Shown: one piece after another, positions 1 through 13,996 of the stretch
Position numbering within the stretch: position 1 is the first letter of the stretch
Layout: each line of letters starts with the position of its first letter
Source of the DNA: Basidiobolus meristosporus CBS 931.73
Lineage: Eukaryota; Fungi; Basidiobolomycota
Direction of reading: 5' to 3'
DNA: 64,000 nt
Assembly (NCBI GenBank): GCA_002104905.1
Contig: MCFE01000023.1
Location: forward strand, 168,615 to 232,614
The notes under the pieces: generated by a model
The model's input: the letters and a program-made list of their open reading frames with translations, nothing else
Database searches by the model: none
Told to the model about the DNA's origin: nothing
Program-made: the position numbers and the translations under genes

Positions 1-818
1 GATTTATCCATTCAAGATTGTAAGCGAGGGATCAGTGGCTGCAGGTTAGTACATTGGGTTGGTTTGTCTGAAACGATCACTCAATCATGAAATAGGTACC
101 CGCAGAATCGAGGCTATTGCTGGGAATGCATGTGTCGGCTGGCTTCGTGATCAGTACGGTGTTTTCAACCGCATAGCCAAAGGATTCAAGGTAAGCAACC
201 ACTACACAAGAAGCCCGCCTTTTTTCACCGATGTATAACGGTTCGACCTAGTCTACGCCTGCTACCTTTGAGGCTCAATTAGCCAAATTGGTGGAGCAGA
301 ACAAGTCACTACAAAGGCAGGTCAACTTTTATAGTGAAAAGCAAGTCAGTGCGCCCGACCTGACTGAACCTAGTGTGAAAATGCTGCAAGGTAGGTGCAT
401 ATGGCTGGCTGAAGATAGCGTACACCATTAAGCTTTGGCTCCTCTCTGTAGATATCCCCATAAAGATTCACGAGATTGACCCGGAGTTCGACAACCAGTT
501 TATTGCCAAGCGGGCCAACTTTTTAAAATCCAGCGAACCCAACGCTATTCATATTCTGACCTCAAACAATAATATCATCGTGGCATTAGACAAAGCACAA
601 TATCCCAAAATCCATGCTGGAAAGGTGACACGGGTTTTTATGAAAATCTAAACATTACAGTTACTGATGCTTCGAATCCACAGGTCTTAAAGAACATCCT
701 TCAGAAACTGGGAGGCAAAGGAGGAGGCCAAGCGGAGATGGCCCAAGGAAAACTGCCAGATCTGAGCAATGGGGCTGTCGATCTTGAGTCCAGTCTTCAA
801 GAAGACATTCTTCAATAG
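1..818 (+). CDS. Alanyl-tRNA synthetase, 3' part (multi-exon, 5' end outside window)
   Basis: Spliced translation gives IVSEGSVAAG|TRRIEAIAG (AlaRS second additional domain) and LGGKGGGQAEMAQG (DHHA1); TAG at 816-818. Confidence 0.85.
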
Positions 819-925
819 TGGTGATGGCTCAATGTTTGGCCTCAATAATAAACGCATTTGTACACATGGATCTGTCTAAGGGATTGATTATATATTTACA
901 TTATCAGTGGCCCATCCCGGCAGTA

Positions 926-2700
926 TTACGAGTTACGGGTAGCATGCATCTTGAATGCATTTGAAATCGCCAAGATGGTTGGCTTCATCATGATCTCCAC
1001 CTTTTTCAAATCAAAGCTCTCTGCCTCTGCAGCTATCATAGCTGACTTCATTCGCTCGTTGATTTTTTTTAGTGCTTCGATCATTCTTTGCGCCTTCTTT
1101 TCGTTCGTGTTGGCTTCTTGAGAGATAGAGGCCCAGAAGTGCCGCAATAGCTCTTTAGCACTAATGTGACAGCTGCTGATTTCTCGTAGTACGCTATGTG
1201 GGATGTTCAACTGTTTTGAGTCGAAACTGTGGGCCTGTCTCTTGTGAACTATGTCTCTATTCAGCTCTTGTGAGATCTCCAGGCCGACAGACGGGTCGAT
1301 CTCAACCGACTCCAATTCCGCCATTTCGTAACTGCTTTTGAATCTGGACAGGATGCTCGAGTAGTCTACGTCTGAGTTCGCCTGGTCATGCTCGCCGATG
1401 TTTTCGAAATATCTCGACTGATTTTCTATATCTAGATACAACACATTGGAATCGTGGCTCTCCTGGAGATCTGGCAACAAGATTTCATTTTCGATATCTT
1501 GCTTTCTCTGGACATGGTCGCGGGAATCGGTGTTCTTCAGAATTTGCTCCGAAAACAAGTTGAATCGTCTAATTAGGGATAATGGCTGCGCACTGCTTCC
1601 AGGAATCATCGTAAAATTCGGCTTATTGCCAGTTTCTGGATGATCCTCCGAAGTTGCGTCCAGGTTCAACACAGTTGGAAGATCATCGGTTCGGATTCGT
1701 TTGCTGGAATTGGCAATTGCTATCTCGTCCTCTTCCAAATACTTGTCGAATATATCGTCCTGGTGGTCAGCGGTGCTTCGTGATCGGCGAACCCGGTGGA
1801 AAAGCTTCGAAGCAAAATAACGTCTCCAGAAGTCCTCTTCTGACAGTTGATCCGGGACCGTGTCGTCGTATGCCCTTTTAACTGCTGGATATTGCAGGAA
1901 TATGCCGTGAATGATCTCTGGTGTAAGAGTATATTGGAGGTCAGTCCCTTCTTGCTGAGTTGGCTTCAAATTAACCCAAGCAGATGATTGTCCACGCTTT
2001 TGGTTCATTTTCGCCGTTTGATTTTCCAACAAATGCTAATTGAATATTGTCGTGGATTTTAGTAATGATGCATTGGCCGTTTTGTCCAGAGGCTATGGTA
2101 GATACTAACTTGTCTGGTTTCCCAAAACTCCTCTTCAGTTATATGCCCGGACAAGACCAATTGCTGGTGGAGCTTTGAAAGCTCTTCATTCCGAGCAAGT
2201 AGATTTTGTCGAATCTTGAGATCAATTGCAGACACCCTCGATTGAACTTGAGGCGAGGAACTTGCAGTGGAGTTGTTTCCCGTGGCAGACGGAGTGCTGA
2301 CAGGGGTATTGAAGTTGGTTGAAGGTCAAAACTCTCGCCAAAATCTCGGTGATTTTATCCTTTATCTGCTCGCGCTCTGCTTTTGCGTTTGGCGAGGTGA
2401 AGTTGAAGGTATACGAGAGTTCAACCCCTTTATCGGAAACCGTTAATTTCAGCATCACCTTTGCCGACGAGCTTGGACTAACATGCTGGGCTTTGCGAGT
2501 AGTAAGTTAACATAAGGACAAGAATGAGTTCAAGAAATGAAAAAAATACCTCGAAAATTGGCGTGCACTATAGAGACACCAAGGTTCGTAGCGCCCTTCA
2601 TTCGCCATGCTATTCTCTTGGTGGTTAAATAAACAGTTCCCTCTTTCTTTTTGTGACTTGCGGGAGACTCCAATATGACTTTCTCGCCCTTTTCCCACAT
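926..2700 (-). CDS. TFB1: TFIIH subunit p62/Tfb1 (PH domain + BSD domains), multi-exon
   Basis: N-terminal PH-like exon (KKKEGTVYLTTKRIAW), BSD motif IFLQYPAVKRAYDDTVPDQLSEEDFWRRYFASKLF, C-terminal ELLRHFWAS. Confidence 0.88.
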
Positions 2701-3156
2701 TTCTTGTTTCTTGGAAGCTAACTGAATAGAAGGCCAGGTCAAGCACGCACTCTACTGGCTGATCCGTGATTTATCTAACTCCTCGTGGAATCCAGCAGTC
2801 TCCGAGTCCATTGCCGCAGCAACATTGAGTTAATTAATTACTTCACCAATTCGTTAATCCCAATACATGGAGATGCGTCCTTATCAAATAATAGTTGAGA
2901 AGGGATGGCTTCGCTAAGAAATTGGCCCGAAGTGCTTCAAGTTATTCATTTGGTGCCACACATCGTAAATGGTATATTCACCGATCTATTTACGTCATGA
3001 TGGCATCCTTCAATGATCGGGTTATTGGTACTTGGTTAGGGCGAGAACGTTGATATTTTAAGCTACAGAAATGGGCTATATAAGCAGGATGATTCGATCA
3101 ACGGGATCTAACTACACACCACTTTCTAAACTCTGAAAACAGTTAAGGAATACCCA

Positions 3157-5444
3157 ATGTCTTCTTCCCTCACCTTGGACGGACCTTGGTTCAAAGATCA
3201 CCTCGGAAGAAAAGTTCTCTTACGAGGAGTGAACATGGCTGGATCCTGCAAAACGCCACCATCAGTACCGTCACACGAGCGTACTTCCTTTTTCGACCAC
3301 AAAACGGTGAGCTTCATAAACCGGCCCTTTCCAATAGAAGATGCTGATGAACATTTCAGAAGACTTCGTGCTTGGGGGTTTAACTTCTTGAGAATCTTGG
3401 TCCCTTGGGAAGCTCTAGAGCACGCTGGGCCGTAAGTTCACCTTCACACGAAACTCGCCAAGTATACATTAACTAAACAGGAAATAGAGGCCAATATGAC
3501 TTGGCGTATATGGACTACTTGGTAGAAGTGTTCAAGAAAGCTCGAGAATATAATTTCAAGTGCTTTATTGATCCCCACCAGGACGTGGTAAGCTAGAGGT
3601 AGACCAGCGGTTTTACTCGACCACTGCCTTACTAAAATCTTCCTTTCTAGTGGTCCCGGTTCTCGGGAGGCTCAGGAGCACCCGGCTGGACGCTAACGCT
3701 GGCTGGATTAGATATGACCCAGTTTGCCAGTACCGAAGCAGCGTTGGTTCATAATACCTACGACGAGCCAACGAAGTTTCCAAAAATGATCTGGGCAACG
3801 AACTACTTCAAATTAGCAGCAGCTACCATGTTTACTTTGTTCTTTGGCGGGTCTATATTTGCAAGGAAATTCGCAGTCGACGGAGTCAATATTCAAGAGT
3901 ATTTACAGAACAAGTACTTTGAGGCCTACAAAACGCTTGCGAAACGAATCGTTATGGAAGGCTTGGATGATGTTGTGATCGGCTACGACACTTTAAATGA
4001 GCCATCCAAAGGGTGGATAGAAGTAAAAGACCTGAGAAAATTTCCTGAGGAACAAGTACTGAAAAAAGGTTCAACACCAACACCATTCCAAGCCATGCTA
4101 ATGGGAGAGGGCTATGCATGTACTGTGGAAACCTGGGAGGTTGGGGCATTCGGCCCTCAAAGAAAGGGCTCTAAGCATATCAATCCTCAGGGGAACTCTG
4201 CGTGGTTCAGATCCAAAGATCGCACCAGTAACTCTGAGAGCGATAGATTTGAGTCCTATGATTGGAACGCCAGTTTTTTTGGTGGATGTATCTGGGCAGA
4301 GCATGGAGTGTGGGATAGACATACGGGAAACCTACTTCAACCCAATTATTTCAGTACCTTTCCCGGGACAAACAATCCGGTAAACTTCGAGGAACATTGC
4401 TGGAAACCTTTTGTCAATCGTTTTGCCAGTATTCTCAGGACCGTCCAGCCCAACGCCATAATCTTTGTAGAGCCTCCAGTTAACGAGGTACCGCCCGAAT
4501 GGCACGACTCCGATGCTACAAACATTGTATACGCCCCTCATTTTTACGATGGTCTTACGCTGGTCAACAAGCATTGGGGCTGGTGGAATATTGATTTTGT
4601 CGGATACAAGCGAGGTCATTACATGACGATTTTACAGGCCTTAAGATTCGGCTCCAAAGCTATACGCCAATGCTTCGTGGATCAGCTACAAACCATAAAA
4701 GACGAAGGAACAAAGTATCTAGGTAATTTTCCAAGCACAACCGAAGATGCAGCGGATTTATGCTAACTCTTGAATCTAGGGAGCTATCCTTGCTTAATCG
4801 GCGAAATTGGCATTCCCTTCGACATGGATAACGGAGTGTCATATCGGACCAACGATTACTCACAGCAAATCCTGGCCATGGACGCGAACTTGAACGCCTT
4901 AGAAAGAAATCTGTTGCATTTCACTCTGTGGACCTATTGCCCAGACAACTGCCACTACTGGGGTGATCAATGGAACGGAGAGGATTTGTCTATATATTCG
5001 AGACCAACACACCAACCCAAGCAACACGAATACTCTTCTGATAAATTCAAGGATGACGTTGTAGACGAAGCATACGCTCCGAGCAGCCTTGTGGCCACAT
5101 CAATCTACGATGGGGGAAGAGCACTAGCCGCTATCTTAAGACCGTATCCAATGGCAGTTTGTGGAGAGCCGATTTCCCTCGAGTTTGATCGCCTCAAGAA
5201 AGAATTCCGCTTCACATACGAACACCAAAAAAGCGCGACGACCAATATCAACTTATTTTATATTCCCATATATCAGTATCCAAGGCTGGGGTGTGAAATA
5301 ACTGTCAGCTCTGGAACATGGAGTTGGAAAGATATGGGGTATGGTCTTTTGGAATGGGAATGCAATGATCCTGGATTGCAAACAATTCATATCGTTGCGG
5401 AACAACCGCCACAGGACCCAAGCCCATTTTGTCAAATTTTGTAA
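3157..5444 (+). CDS. GH5 endoglycoceramidase-related glucosylceramidase/sterylglucosidase (EGCrP/EGH1-like)
   Basis: FKDHLGRKVLLRGVN, GYDTLNEP (acid/base Glu), LIGEIGIP (nucleophile Glu), WGDQWNGEDLSIYS; GT-AG introns join the ORF pieces. Confidence 0.9.
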
Positions 5445-5600
5445 CCATCTGTATTTTAACAACTATATTAATAAACCTATCTACCATTGTCGTCTAGTTC
5501 TCAATGATTCAGATTTATTGTTATGTTAGTCCGATGAAATAGGGAAGGTTTGTCGAGTAGAAAAATAAAAATACAGAAGAATTAACGAGCATTTTGATAT

Positions 5601-7320
5601 CTATCCTGAAATATCTTCAATGGAGGTGTAAACAACGCGATCCCATGGGCATCGGTCGGAGATATCTTTCAAACGAACTGCGCACTCTTCGCACATACGG
5701 TGCCCACATGGCTTTATCACTTTGCTTTCTTCCACAGAGAAGCATAGTTGGCATTCCTCAGGAGGGGCATGAGCAGGGCGAACTGGACTATCTACGATTC
5801 CCATCATGGAGGTTTGTGAAGAGAGCTCGCTCTCGTAGTTGACAATCAAGTTGGCTATTGTGGCTTTGTACTCGGCTTCAGCATGTTGGATCATCTCTTG
5901 ACGCCTTGACTGGGCTTCCTCGACTAACGCCTTGTAAGATTCATTTTGAAGCAAAGCCTTAATGCCGATGGGTGATTTGACTAAAGATACTCTGGGACTT
6001 TTCCTGGCCATGTTCTTTTCTTGACTCTGAATAGCATTGGCGGTTGGAATTGTGGGCTGACTGTTTGCAGACACGTTTCGAGTGTTGAATTCTTGCTGGG
6101 CAGCCTTCACCAAACCAACGAAATGCTCTGCATCCTTCTCATCCCCCCTTTTAAATAGGAATTGTAGGAATCTACTCTCTCCAATGGTTACTAGGATAGT
6201 TGGTTGGTCATCTGGCAGGCATTTGTGACGGATGTCTGTGGTCACGTCGAATCCGAACGTAAGTATTTCATTGTCAAGCCTGGTTATAGACAGAGTGCTA
6301 GGCTGTGAAGAGAGGGTCTCTTTGGCTTTGTCGGCAGATAATAACTCTCCCTCCCATCTGATTCCATCCTGGCAAATATTAAGCTTTCCATGACCAAGGG
6401 TGATCTAAAGAAGAAGGGTTAGTTAATTCCACCCAATGCCGTATCTTCTAAGGATAACCACATACATAGTTTGAGCAGATAGAAATCTCCTCAAAAGCTT
6501 GTTCAGCATTGAACTGCCATGTCGAATCAGTGTTGTTTTTTCCAATGGCGAGAAGACTCTCGAGATGTTCGCTCCAGACCTGTTCATTTGTTTTGACTTG
6601 GTCTTCGGCCAGTTTCTCGCGTGCCTTTTCCTGAATGATATGTGGCGAGGTTAGCAGTGAACTAAATGAAAAGTCCACTCGAACTCAACATACCAGATCC
6701 TCTTCGGTTATAAACACATCATCAAACGAGCCCAACCCAAATGAGTCCTCTGGGCCGTTTCGGCCATTCGTTGCTGCATTAGATTTGACCTCTGGCTCAG
6801 GTACTTGCGCTTTGAAAAGCGATTTTCTCTCGGAAAGCTTGAATACTGATGTATTATCAGAAAATAAGTCGTCATTCAGAGTAGGTTTGAAAGCTCTGGA
6901 GCTTTCGAGTCTGGAAAAAAGGTTCCGCCCTTGCGGCTTGTATTGAGGTGTTTCGAGACCGGTGGAGAACAGTTCTGGATCGCTTTTATGAGGAGTGTCG
7001 TCCTTGTTGGCAGCACCAAACAATTTCCTTTCAAATGGGCGAGTGCGCGGAGTCGTGGAGCTGGTGCCAAATAAATCACTGCCAACGGATTGTGAAGGCT
7101 GTTTTGGCGTTTTAAAAAAAGAAGCAGCCAGTGGAGATTCAGGTGGGATGAAATAATTGTGTGCTGCTCGTTGAGGAGTTTGATGAGATTTCCGAGCAAC
7201 GTTCTGCTCTGGCTTAGAAACACTCAGGTCGGAAAAATGAACATCAAAGCTCGAGGATGAATTCAAATCGAAATCGAGATTAAACGAACTATTGGGTTTG
7301 TTGTTTCTAAAGGAATTCAT
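5601..7320 (-). CDS. Protein with disordered N-terminus, PH/GRAM-like middle and C-terminal C3HC4 RING finger; true start uncertain (ORF 7515-7706 may be a further exon)
   Basis: CQLC..PCGH.MCEEC...CPWDR RING at C-terminus; same-strand ORFs 6685-7320, 6448-6678 and 5601-6410 separated by intron-sized gaps. Confidence 0.6.
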
Positions 7321-7892
7321 GGTAGCAAGTGACTAGGGCAGGAAGTGCAAACGTCCAAGTGATCATTTAGCTTAGTACGTTGTCTGTTGTGTTTGTTTTT
7401 CGATGGAGTAAACAAATCGACAATGCTTGATTTGCTAATTGGTGATGGGCAGTCACTTATATGGCCAATTCTTGATCTTGACATTATTTGGGGAATCAAG
7501 TGGAAGACTGTGCTTCAGCTTTCATACGCATGACGATGTTTTGAGCAACATGGCTTGAGACATAGGTTTACTTCTTGGTCGCAAAAAGGCCAAACTGGAT
7601 TGGACTGGAGCTGATATCTACTTTCAGGGATAAGACCTTCAGGGGAACCGAAGTGGATATTGGCTTCCAATACCACACAACCAGAAACAAGCTTGATTCG
7701 AGGCATACGTTATCTCCCACCCCTCAATGCTCCCCTCCCATCATATGAACTCCTTGATCAACCTTCGAATTCATTCATTACCCTCTGCACTCCCAGAACG
7801 TACTCTGTTCTTTTACTATACCTCTAGTAGTATACCATAGAATACATACCGCCAAGGACCCACACCACTCAAGACCCAGTCCGCTTTATACA

Positions 7893-9839
7893 ATGAGATA
7901 TTGTGCACTGACTCCTGTTTTGCTTGGACTTCTCTCATATCGTTTGGTCCAAGGCGAGGCTTCTGAGGAGGAGGACCTATTCACACGACATGACTATAAA
8001 TTAAGTTTCAAGAAACCTTACGTGGTTGATGATGTCATTCCAAATTTCCGCCACTATGATAGTAAGATACTGTTCCCAGTTATCCCTCGAGGTATTCTTA
8101 AACTTATCTTCCGTAGATGCTATCGTCAGCCCCAGCTCAATCAGGCTGGCGCCAAGTGTCCCAGGATTGAAAGGCTCCATTTGGGCAGAAAACCCAAATC
8201 CATACAAACAGTGGGAGGTCGAGTTCTCTTTCACTATTACAGGCAGAGGCTATACTGGTGGCAACGGTCTCGCATTTTGGTATACTAAAGAGAGCGCACA
8301 GTCTGGTCCAATCTATGGTAGCCGTGACCAATGGGACGGGCTTGCCATTTTCTTTGACACATTCGACCCCAAGGCAAACGTATGTTGACTAGAAGATACT
8401 CGTGTGTGTCGTAGAGGTCTGGATATTCATATTTCGTATTATTTAGAGATACACACCATTTGTTTCTGCATTTCTCAATGATGGGGCTTTGAAGATCAGC
8501 CAGATTTCCGAGAAAAACTCAAAGATGTTTGCTGGGTGCCACAAAGATTACCGAAACTCCAAAGGACCTGTTTATGCAAAGCTATCGTATTACGACTATA
8601 CCTTAACTGTATGAATTCATGCACCTGTATAGTTTTGGTGAATTTGATCTGACATTTCGCTTTTTCAGCTCTCTATAGATACTGTCGAGAAAGGGCAGGC
8701 ATACATTAAATGTTTCGAGGCCTCCGATATCGAATTGCCGACTGGGTATTATTTTGGTTTCTCTGCCTCCACCTCCGAACTAGCTGGTTAGTCGAAAATG
8801 CCATTGTCTTTGCACGGTTTGATCACTCAGCTCACATCTTTCAAAGACGACCATGATATCATTTCTTTCGAAACCTACGAAGTGAACCCACCAGACCGTA
8901 AAAAAGTAAGGGTCCCACTACACCACTAGTAGAGCTCGCAGTGTTTAACAGGCTTGTGTTAGGAGTCGTCTAAGAGGTCTCATGAAGCAGAAAAGGTCAA
9001 AAAGACCGGAACATTCAAGCTGAAATCCAAGGATAAGAAGGTCAGTGAGAGTAGAGTGTGTAAACTGGCAGCCGAAACTAATCGATGTCTTTAGAAAATC
9101 GAGGAGATCCAAACCAAAATGGAGGAACTCAGAAAAGAGGAAGAGCTTCAAGAGACAGGATTAGTAAGCACTTTTCTAAACTCTGCATCCATGAGACATG
9201 TTTTCTCATACATTTAAACAGCCACCTCTATTGGAAGGCCTGCAAGAAACTCAACTTAAAATCATAGAGTCGTTAAATAGCCTACAGTCAACAGTTGAGG
9301 AGCTGGTGAGCGAAAAAGAAGAAACTCCAATTGCGGTGATCAGTGAGGATGGGTCACCAGCCAAGGTCGATACTGAGTTAAGGTAAGTGCTTATTGAGAA
9401 TTACCGGCCCAAATCACGGACTAACACAAATCCAGCCAAAAGATTTCGAGAATGGCAAAAGACATGGGCATCTTGAGAAAGACTTTAACCACTCTGACAG
9501 ACGACCTTCGTGAATTCATGAAAACAACCAAAGATAATGATGAGCTGCAAAAGATCCGGGACTCCATTGATAATCTGGATTCAAAGCTTGATAATATCCT
9601 GGTAAGTCCGCTCAGCTTCCATAAGTCAGTGAATTCGAATTAACCAAATCGCACAGTCCAAATCTACCCCCAAGGGGTTCAAAAACCTAAAAAGCCAAAT
9701 GGGTAACCCAGCACAATCGCCCGTAGAACGGTCTTACTGGAAGTACATCTTTGGATTTGTCGGTCTTCAAGTTGCTCTGGCAGTAGGCTACACGATCTAT
9801 ATGAAGAAATTTGACAATTCGGGAAAAAAATACATATGA
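7893..9839 (+). CDS. L-type lectin ER-Golgi cargo receptor (ERGIC-53/Emp46/47 family)
   Basis: Signal peptide, YKLSFKKPY, GNGLAFWY..GPIYGSRDQWDGLAIFFDTF, coiled coil, C-terminal TM then dilysine tail GKKYI*. Confidence 0.9.
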
Positions 9840-11734
9840 ATCATTTCTGTTACGTTACAATTATTCGGAGTACAATCCCTTAGGCTGTAGTTTTCTATAC
9901 TTCTTGTATCTTTCATCGGTTAAACTTTCATAAAGTCGGAGTAAATCGAAATACACCATCGTCTCTAGCTAATATTGGTAATGATCCAAGAATTCCCTAT
10001 CAACACTGCTACTCCCGGTTGCACAATTCACTGTATGCACTCTGGTTTCATATGGAGGCAAACCACAATCGAGATTTCCTCTTAAAGTGATAGCGCAACA
10101 GCCTGACTCCCAACACCATAGCACTCCTTACAAATAGCCCCCTCATTCGCCAGGAATAATTGCATAGCTGTCTGAATCTCGGCACGGTAAGGTGCCAACC
10201 CCTCAGCAATTACCAACAATTTGTGACCATAAATAGAACATCAAGGCAGCAACGATCTTGGGTGTCTTGGTATTATGTAGTATACTGATTTGGAGTGAAC
10301 GAATTTCCACTTCCAATTAATTCTCCGCATTGTTTGACCTTCTTTGTAAGTACTAGTGTGAGGATTTTCAGTGAGGAGTCAGGGCTTGATTGCTTGATTT
10401 ACGACCTTTGAGGCCCTATCAGCCCATATCCATAAATTGGTTTTTTCCATTTTGAAGTAGCGTTGATCACTTTGTTAAGCAAGAATGGTACAACTGCAAT
10501 CGTGCCCACGGAAACATCCGCAACCAGCCTACGCTTAGTTTGAAGGCAGAGACCGCGCTGCCTCCTCATATCTTTTTCATCAAACTAACTGTGAAGACAA
10601 CGGTTTAGCCTGAATATGAGGCGCATGAAACAACCCGAAATCCGAAATCCAATAATCAAATATTGGATGAAACTGCGGCTTGTGCCAAGTCAACACACAT
10701 GGTTTTGGTGCTACTGCTCATTCAGAAAGTGCTACATACTGAGGTCACTTGAATGTAATCCATGATGAAGCCTATTGGCCTGATGATATCGTTCGTGTGA
10801 AAGCAAATCAACTAGTGGCGAACTCTATGCAACTGATCTCCAGTGCGCAGGATCGATATTATCCAGGTGTTTAGCCTTAATAGTAGATCCTAATTGATTC
10901 CATTCTAGGATGGCTAATGCAAATACCCATTCTGGTGCGGCCTAGACGAGATTGCCGACCTCAGAGAAGTTTAATTGGCTTTCGGAGTTACATTGATTCT
11001 CGATATTCCACTGAAACAACGAATCGCCATTGATCCGTTGATATTTCCGAGGTTATTTATATAGAATTGGGAACGGTTACTGAAATGGAACTTTGTTAAG
11101 AAAGGCGTCACTGTGGTTGACTATACATGATGGAATTAATTAATGTCAATCTCAAGCCATTTCCAATGGATATTTTAAGAAAAGTCTAGTAAGAGATCCA
11201 TGAGCTAAACTTATAGTGATGCTGGCCAATCAGGCTGACCGGTGATCAAAAGAATTGGTAAATGGAAAGATGATGGAAACGTAATGGGATTTCCTGCCCA
11301 TTCTGAGAATTTCATTGATGGACTCCCAGCCAATCAGTTGCCTATTTCTCGGATATGGTCACAAGAATGGGGATTCCTGGACGAATAGGATTTCCGGGCC
11401 ACTACTGAAAAAAAAGCTGATGTTGATCTGGGCTAACTATAAAACTACATAAAAGACCTTTTCTAATTTGGAATTGCTATATCCTCCATTTTGCCACGCA
11501 CTCCTGCTCGTTTGGTTTAAAAGCTTATACCCTATCCATACACCAAAACCTTGATTTGGAACCTTGTTCATCAGATATTTCACATCTCAAGTCCCGTTTT
11601 GGTTTCTATCTCTTTATTTGAACGTATATTGCGCTATTCTTGTTTTTACACCTTTTCGGTTCTGTGACGCATACTAGCAAGTTTCCTGCCAACTTACGTT
11701 CTTTAATTGTTCGACCGTTGCTTTAATATCCAAT

Positions 11735-12868
11735 ATGAATAATCTTGGTACCGCAAACACGATGAACAGCGTTGTAAACAGAAGCTTCAATAACAGCGGC
11801 ATTTCCTCCCCGCTTTCAAAAGAGGACCAGCGCGGAACTAAGCGCGAATTTGAGGATGACGACGATGGTGACTCGGACGAAGTTGCCCCCAAAAATGAGA
11901 AGAGGGCTGGTCGCCGCAAGATCAAAATCGAGTATATCGAAGATAAGAGTCGTCGCCACATTACTTTCAGCAAACGTAAGGCTGGTATCATGAAGAAGGT
12001 ATGTTATTTGGATGTAATCCCATCTCTAATCAGATACTGACCATTGTCTATAGGCTTACGAGTTGAGTACGCTCACTGGCACTCAGGTGCTCCTCTTGGT
12101 CGTCTCCGAAACCGGGCTCGTTTATACTTTCACCACGCCTAAATTGCAGCCATTGGTGACCCAGCCAGAGGGGAAAAACCTAATTCAGTCTTGCTTGAAT
12201 GCTCCAGATCCAGCACAATCTAAAGATAGTAACTCTTCACCCGTAAGTCTAATCGACTTTACAATGAATGCCATGGCTCTTTTACTGATATTCAATCTAT
12301 TAGCAGCCAAGCCAGCCCCGTACACCGCAACCATCCAATGTTTATGGCAACGAGGGCGTCCCAGTCGAACCAACCAACGATCCGATCTACGGAGACGACA
12401 GAAAGGTTGGTTTTCTATGCCATTGATCACTGTGGAGCCAGGTCTTAACTCTTATACTTATAGCAGTCAGCTCCACACAATGCTTACAATGCTGCTCTTG
12501 CGGGGCTCAACTACGGTCAACAATATGGTGGACTTCCCAGCCAGCTCTCTAACCAGATGAGCCCACAAATGCCCAGCCAACTGTCCGGCCAGATGTCTAG
12601 TCCGATGGCCAACCAGATGCCCAATCAAATGCCCAACCAACTCCAATCACAACTATCATCACAAATGTCTAATCAAATGCCACTCGGCGCAGGAAGCTTA
12701 AACTCAGGCAATTACATGAACCCAGGACAGTATCCCCAATACAATCAGCAGCAGTCCATCAATCCATACGCTGCCCAAGCCAACCAGTACATGCAGCCCA
12801 ACAACTACTGGGGAGGTAACACCAACATGAACAAGATTCCTCAGTATCCTCAGGGGGACAAGAAGTAA
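11735..12868 (+). CDS. MCM1: SRF/Mcm1-type MADS-box transcription factor
   Basis: GRRKIKIEYIEDKSRRHITFSKRKAGIMKK|AYELSTLTGTQVLLLVVSETGLVYTF; Q/N/M-rich C-terminus. Confidence 0.95.
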
Positions 12869-13341
12869 ACGTTGGTACGCCGTTGCTTGTTCAGTTCGTA
12901 CATACATATTCTCCTAAAACGATCATAGACATTTTTATTTGGTTAATTTTGCATTTGTTCAATAATACCAGTTCGCAGCTCGTCCTTTTTTGCTTGGGTT
13001 TAGTTTCCTATTTCTTTCCATGTAAAATTTCCTACCATTTTGTGATTTGTTGCCTTTTTGTGGGTATTCAATTACCTGATTATACATGTTCGTTGATGTC
13101 ACCCATTCCTTTTAGACTTTTTCCATAGTAAACTCCTATTTCAAAAGCAGCTCGACAACCATTTCCATATTCTGTTGCGTGCTCTCCATATTGTTGTTTG
13201 CGGGCACTTCAATGTTTGCGGCCCAAACTAGTCCATCAGTAGTGATTTTGGTGCAGTGGTTCAGTTAGTTTACATCTATCGTGAATTAGGGTTTAATACA
13301 GAGTATATAATCAAAGGGGAGTTGGGTAAATGTAATCCGGC

Positions 13342-13996
13342 TCAGTTATTATCGTCCTCCCAGGCCTCCAACCAGGCATCTGACTGATACAAGCATGCAT
13401 TCACCACACCTATAGGAATATCCTGTAGCTCAGGCACAGCACTTTCGGTCATCCGAGTTTGGTCACCGGGCTTCATGACGTTCGCGAATTCATCTATTAT
13501 ATTGGTTTTCTTCTCAATTAGACATATCCGTTGAGTGAAAGCCGTGTGGGTTAGCAAACGTACCGGTGAAAGTATTGAAGGAGTCGAATGGCGCGGTGGT
13601 AAGGAGATTGTAGGAGATGAACACGAGGAATACATAGAGTGCGACCGCAAAGATCCACACAGGGACTGCCAGCGCCCAATACCTAGAGTGGGGGTTAGCG
13701 AGGTTGGGAAATTTCTTCATCAAGGGTTTGACTCGCCTGTTGGGATAGTACGTGATGCCAATCTTATCTAGAGTTCCTTCGGGAAGGTAGGCCCAAAGTA
13801 ACCAGCCCCCTAAGTAAGCAGAATGTTACGTCTAGTTGTTGAAGAGACTTTCTTATAATGGATTACCGTAAGCAAAGAAGGAAATTAGATAGATCACAAA
13901 GCCGTAGTACTCGTAGGTGGGGGTCTTGGTTAGTGTGGTCGGAGAATCATCTAGGAATGCCGGTGAGTTCGGGTTGTTATTTGCAACGCTGGACAT
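13342..13996 (-). CDS. GPI19: GPI-GlcNAc transferase subunit PIG-P/Gpi19
   Basis: TYEYYGFVIYL..LLWAYLP..GITYYP.RYWALAVP two-TM pattern; C-terminal PELQDIPIGVVN. Confidence 0.85.

Noticed and set aside
10225-10260. In-frame TGA between two open stretches (LLP*CSIYGHK) as selenocysteine or readthrough
   Set aside because: No selenoprotein motif or SECIS seen; more simply an unresolved intron or non-coding sequence.
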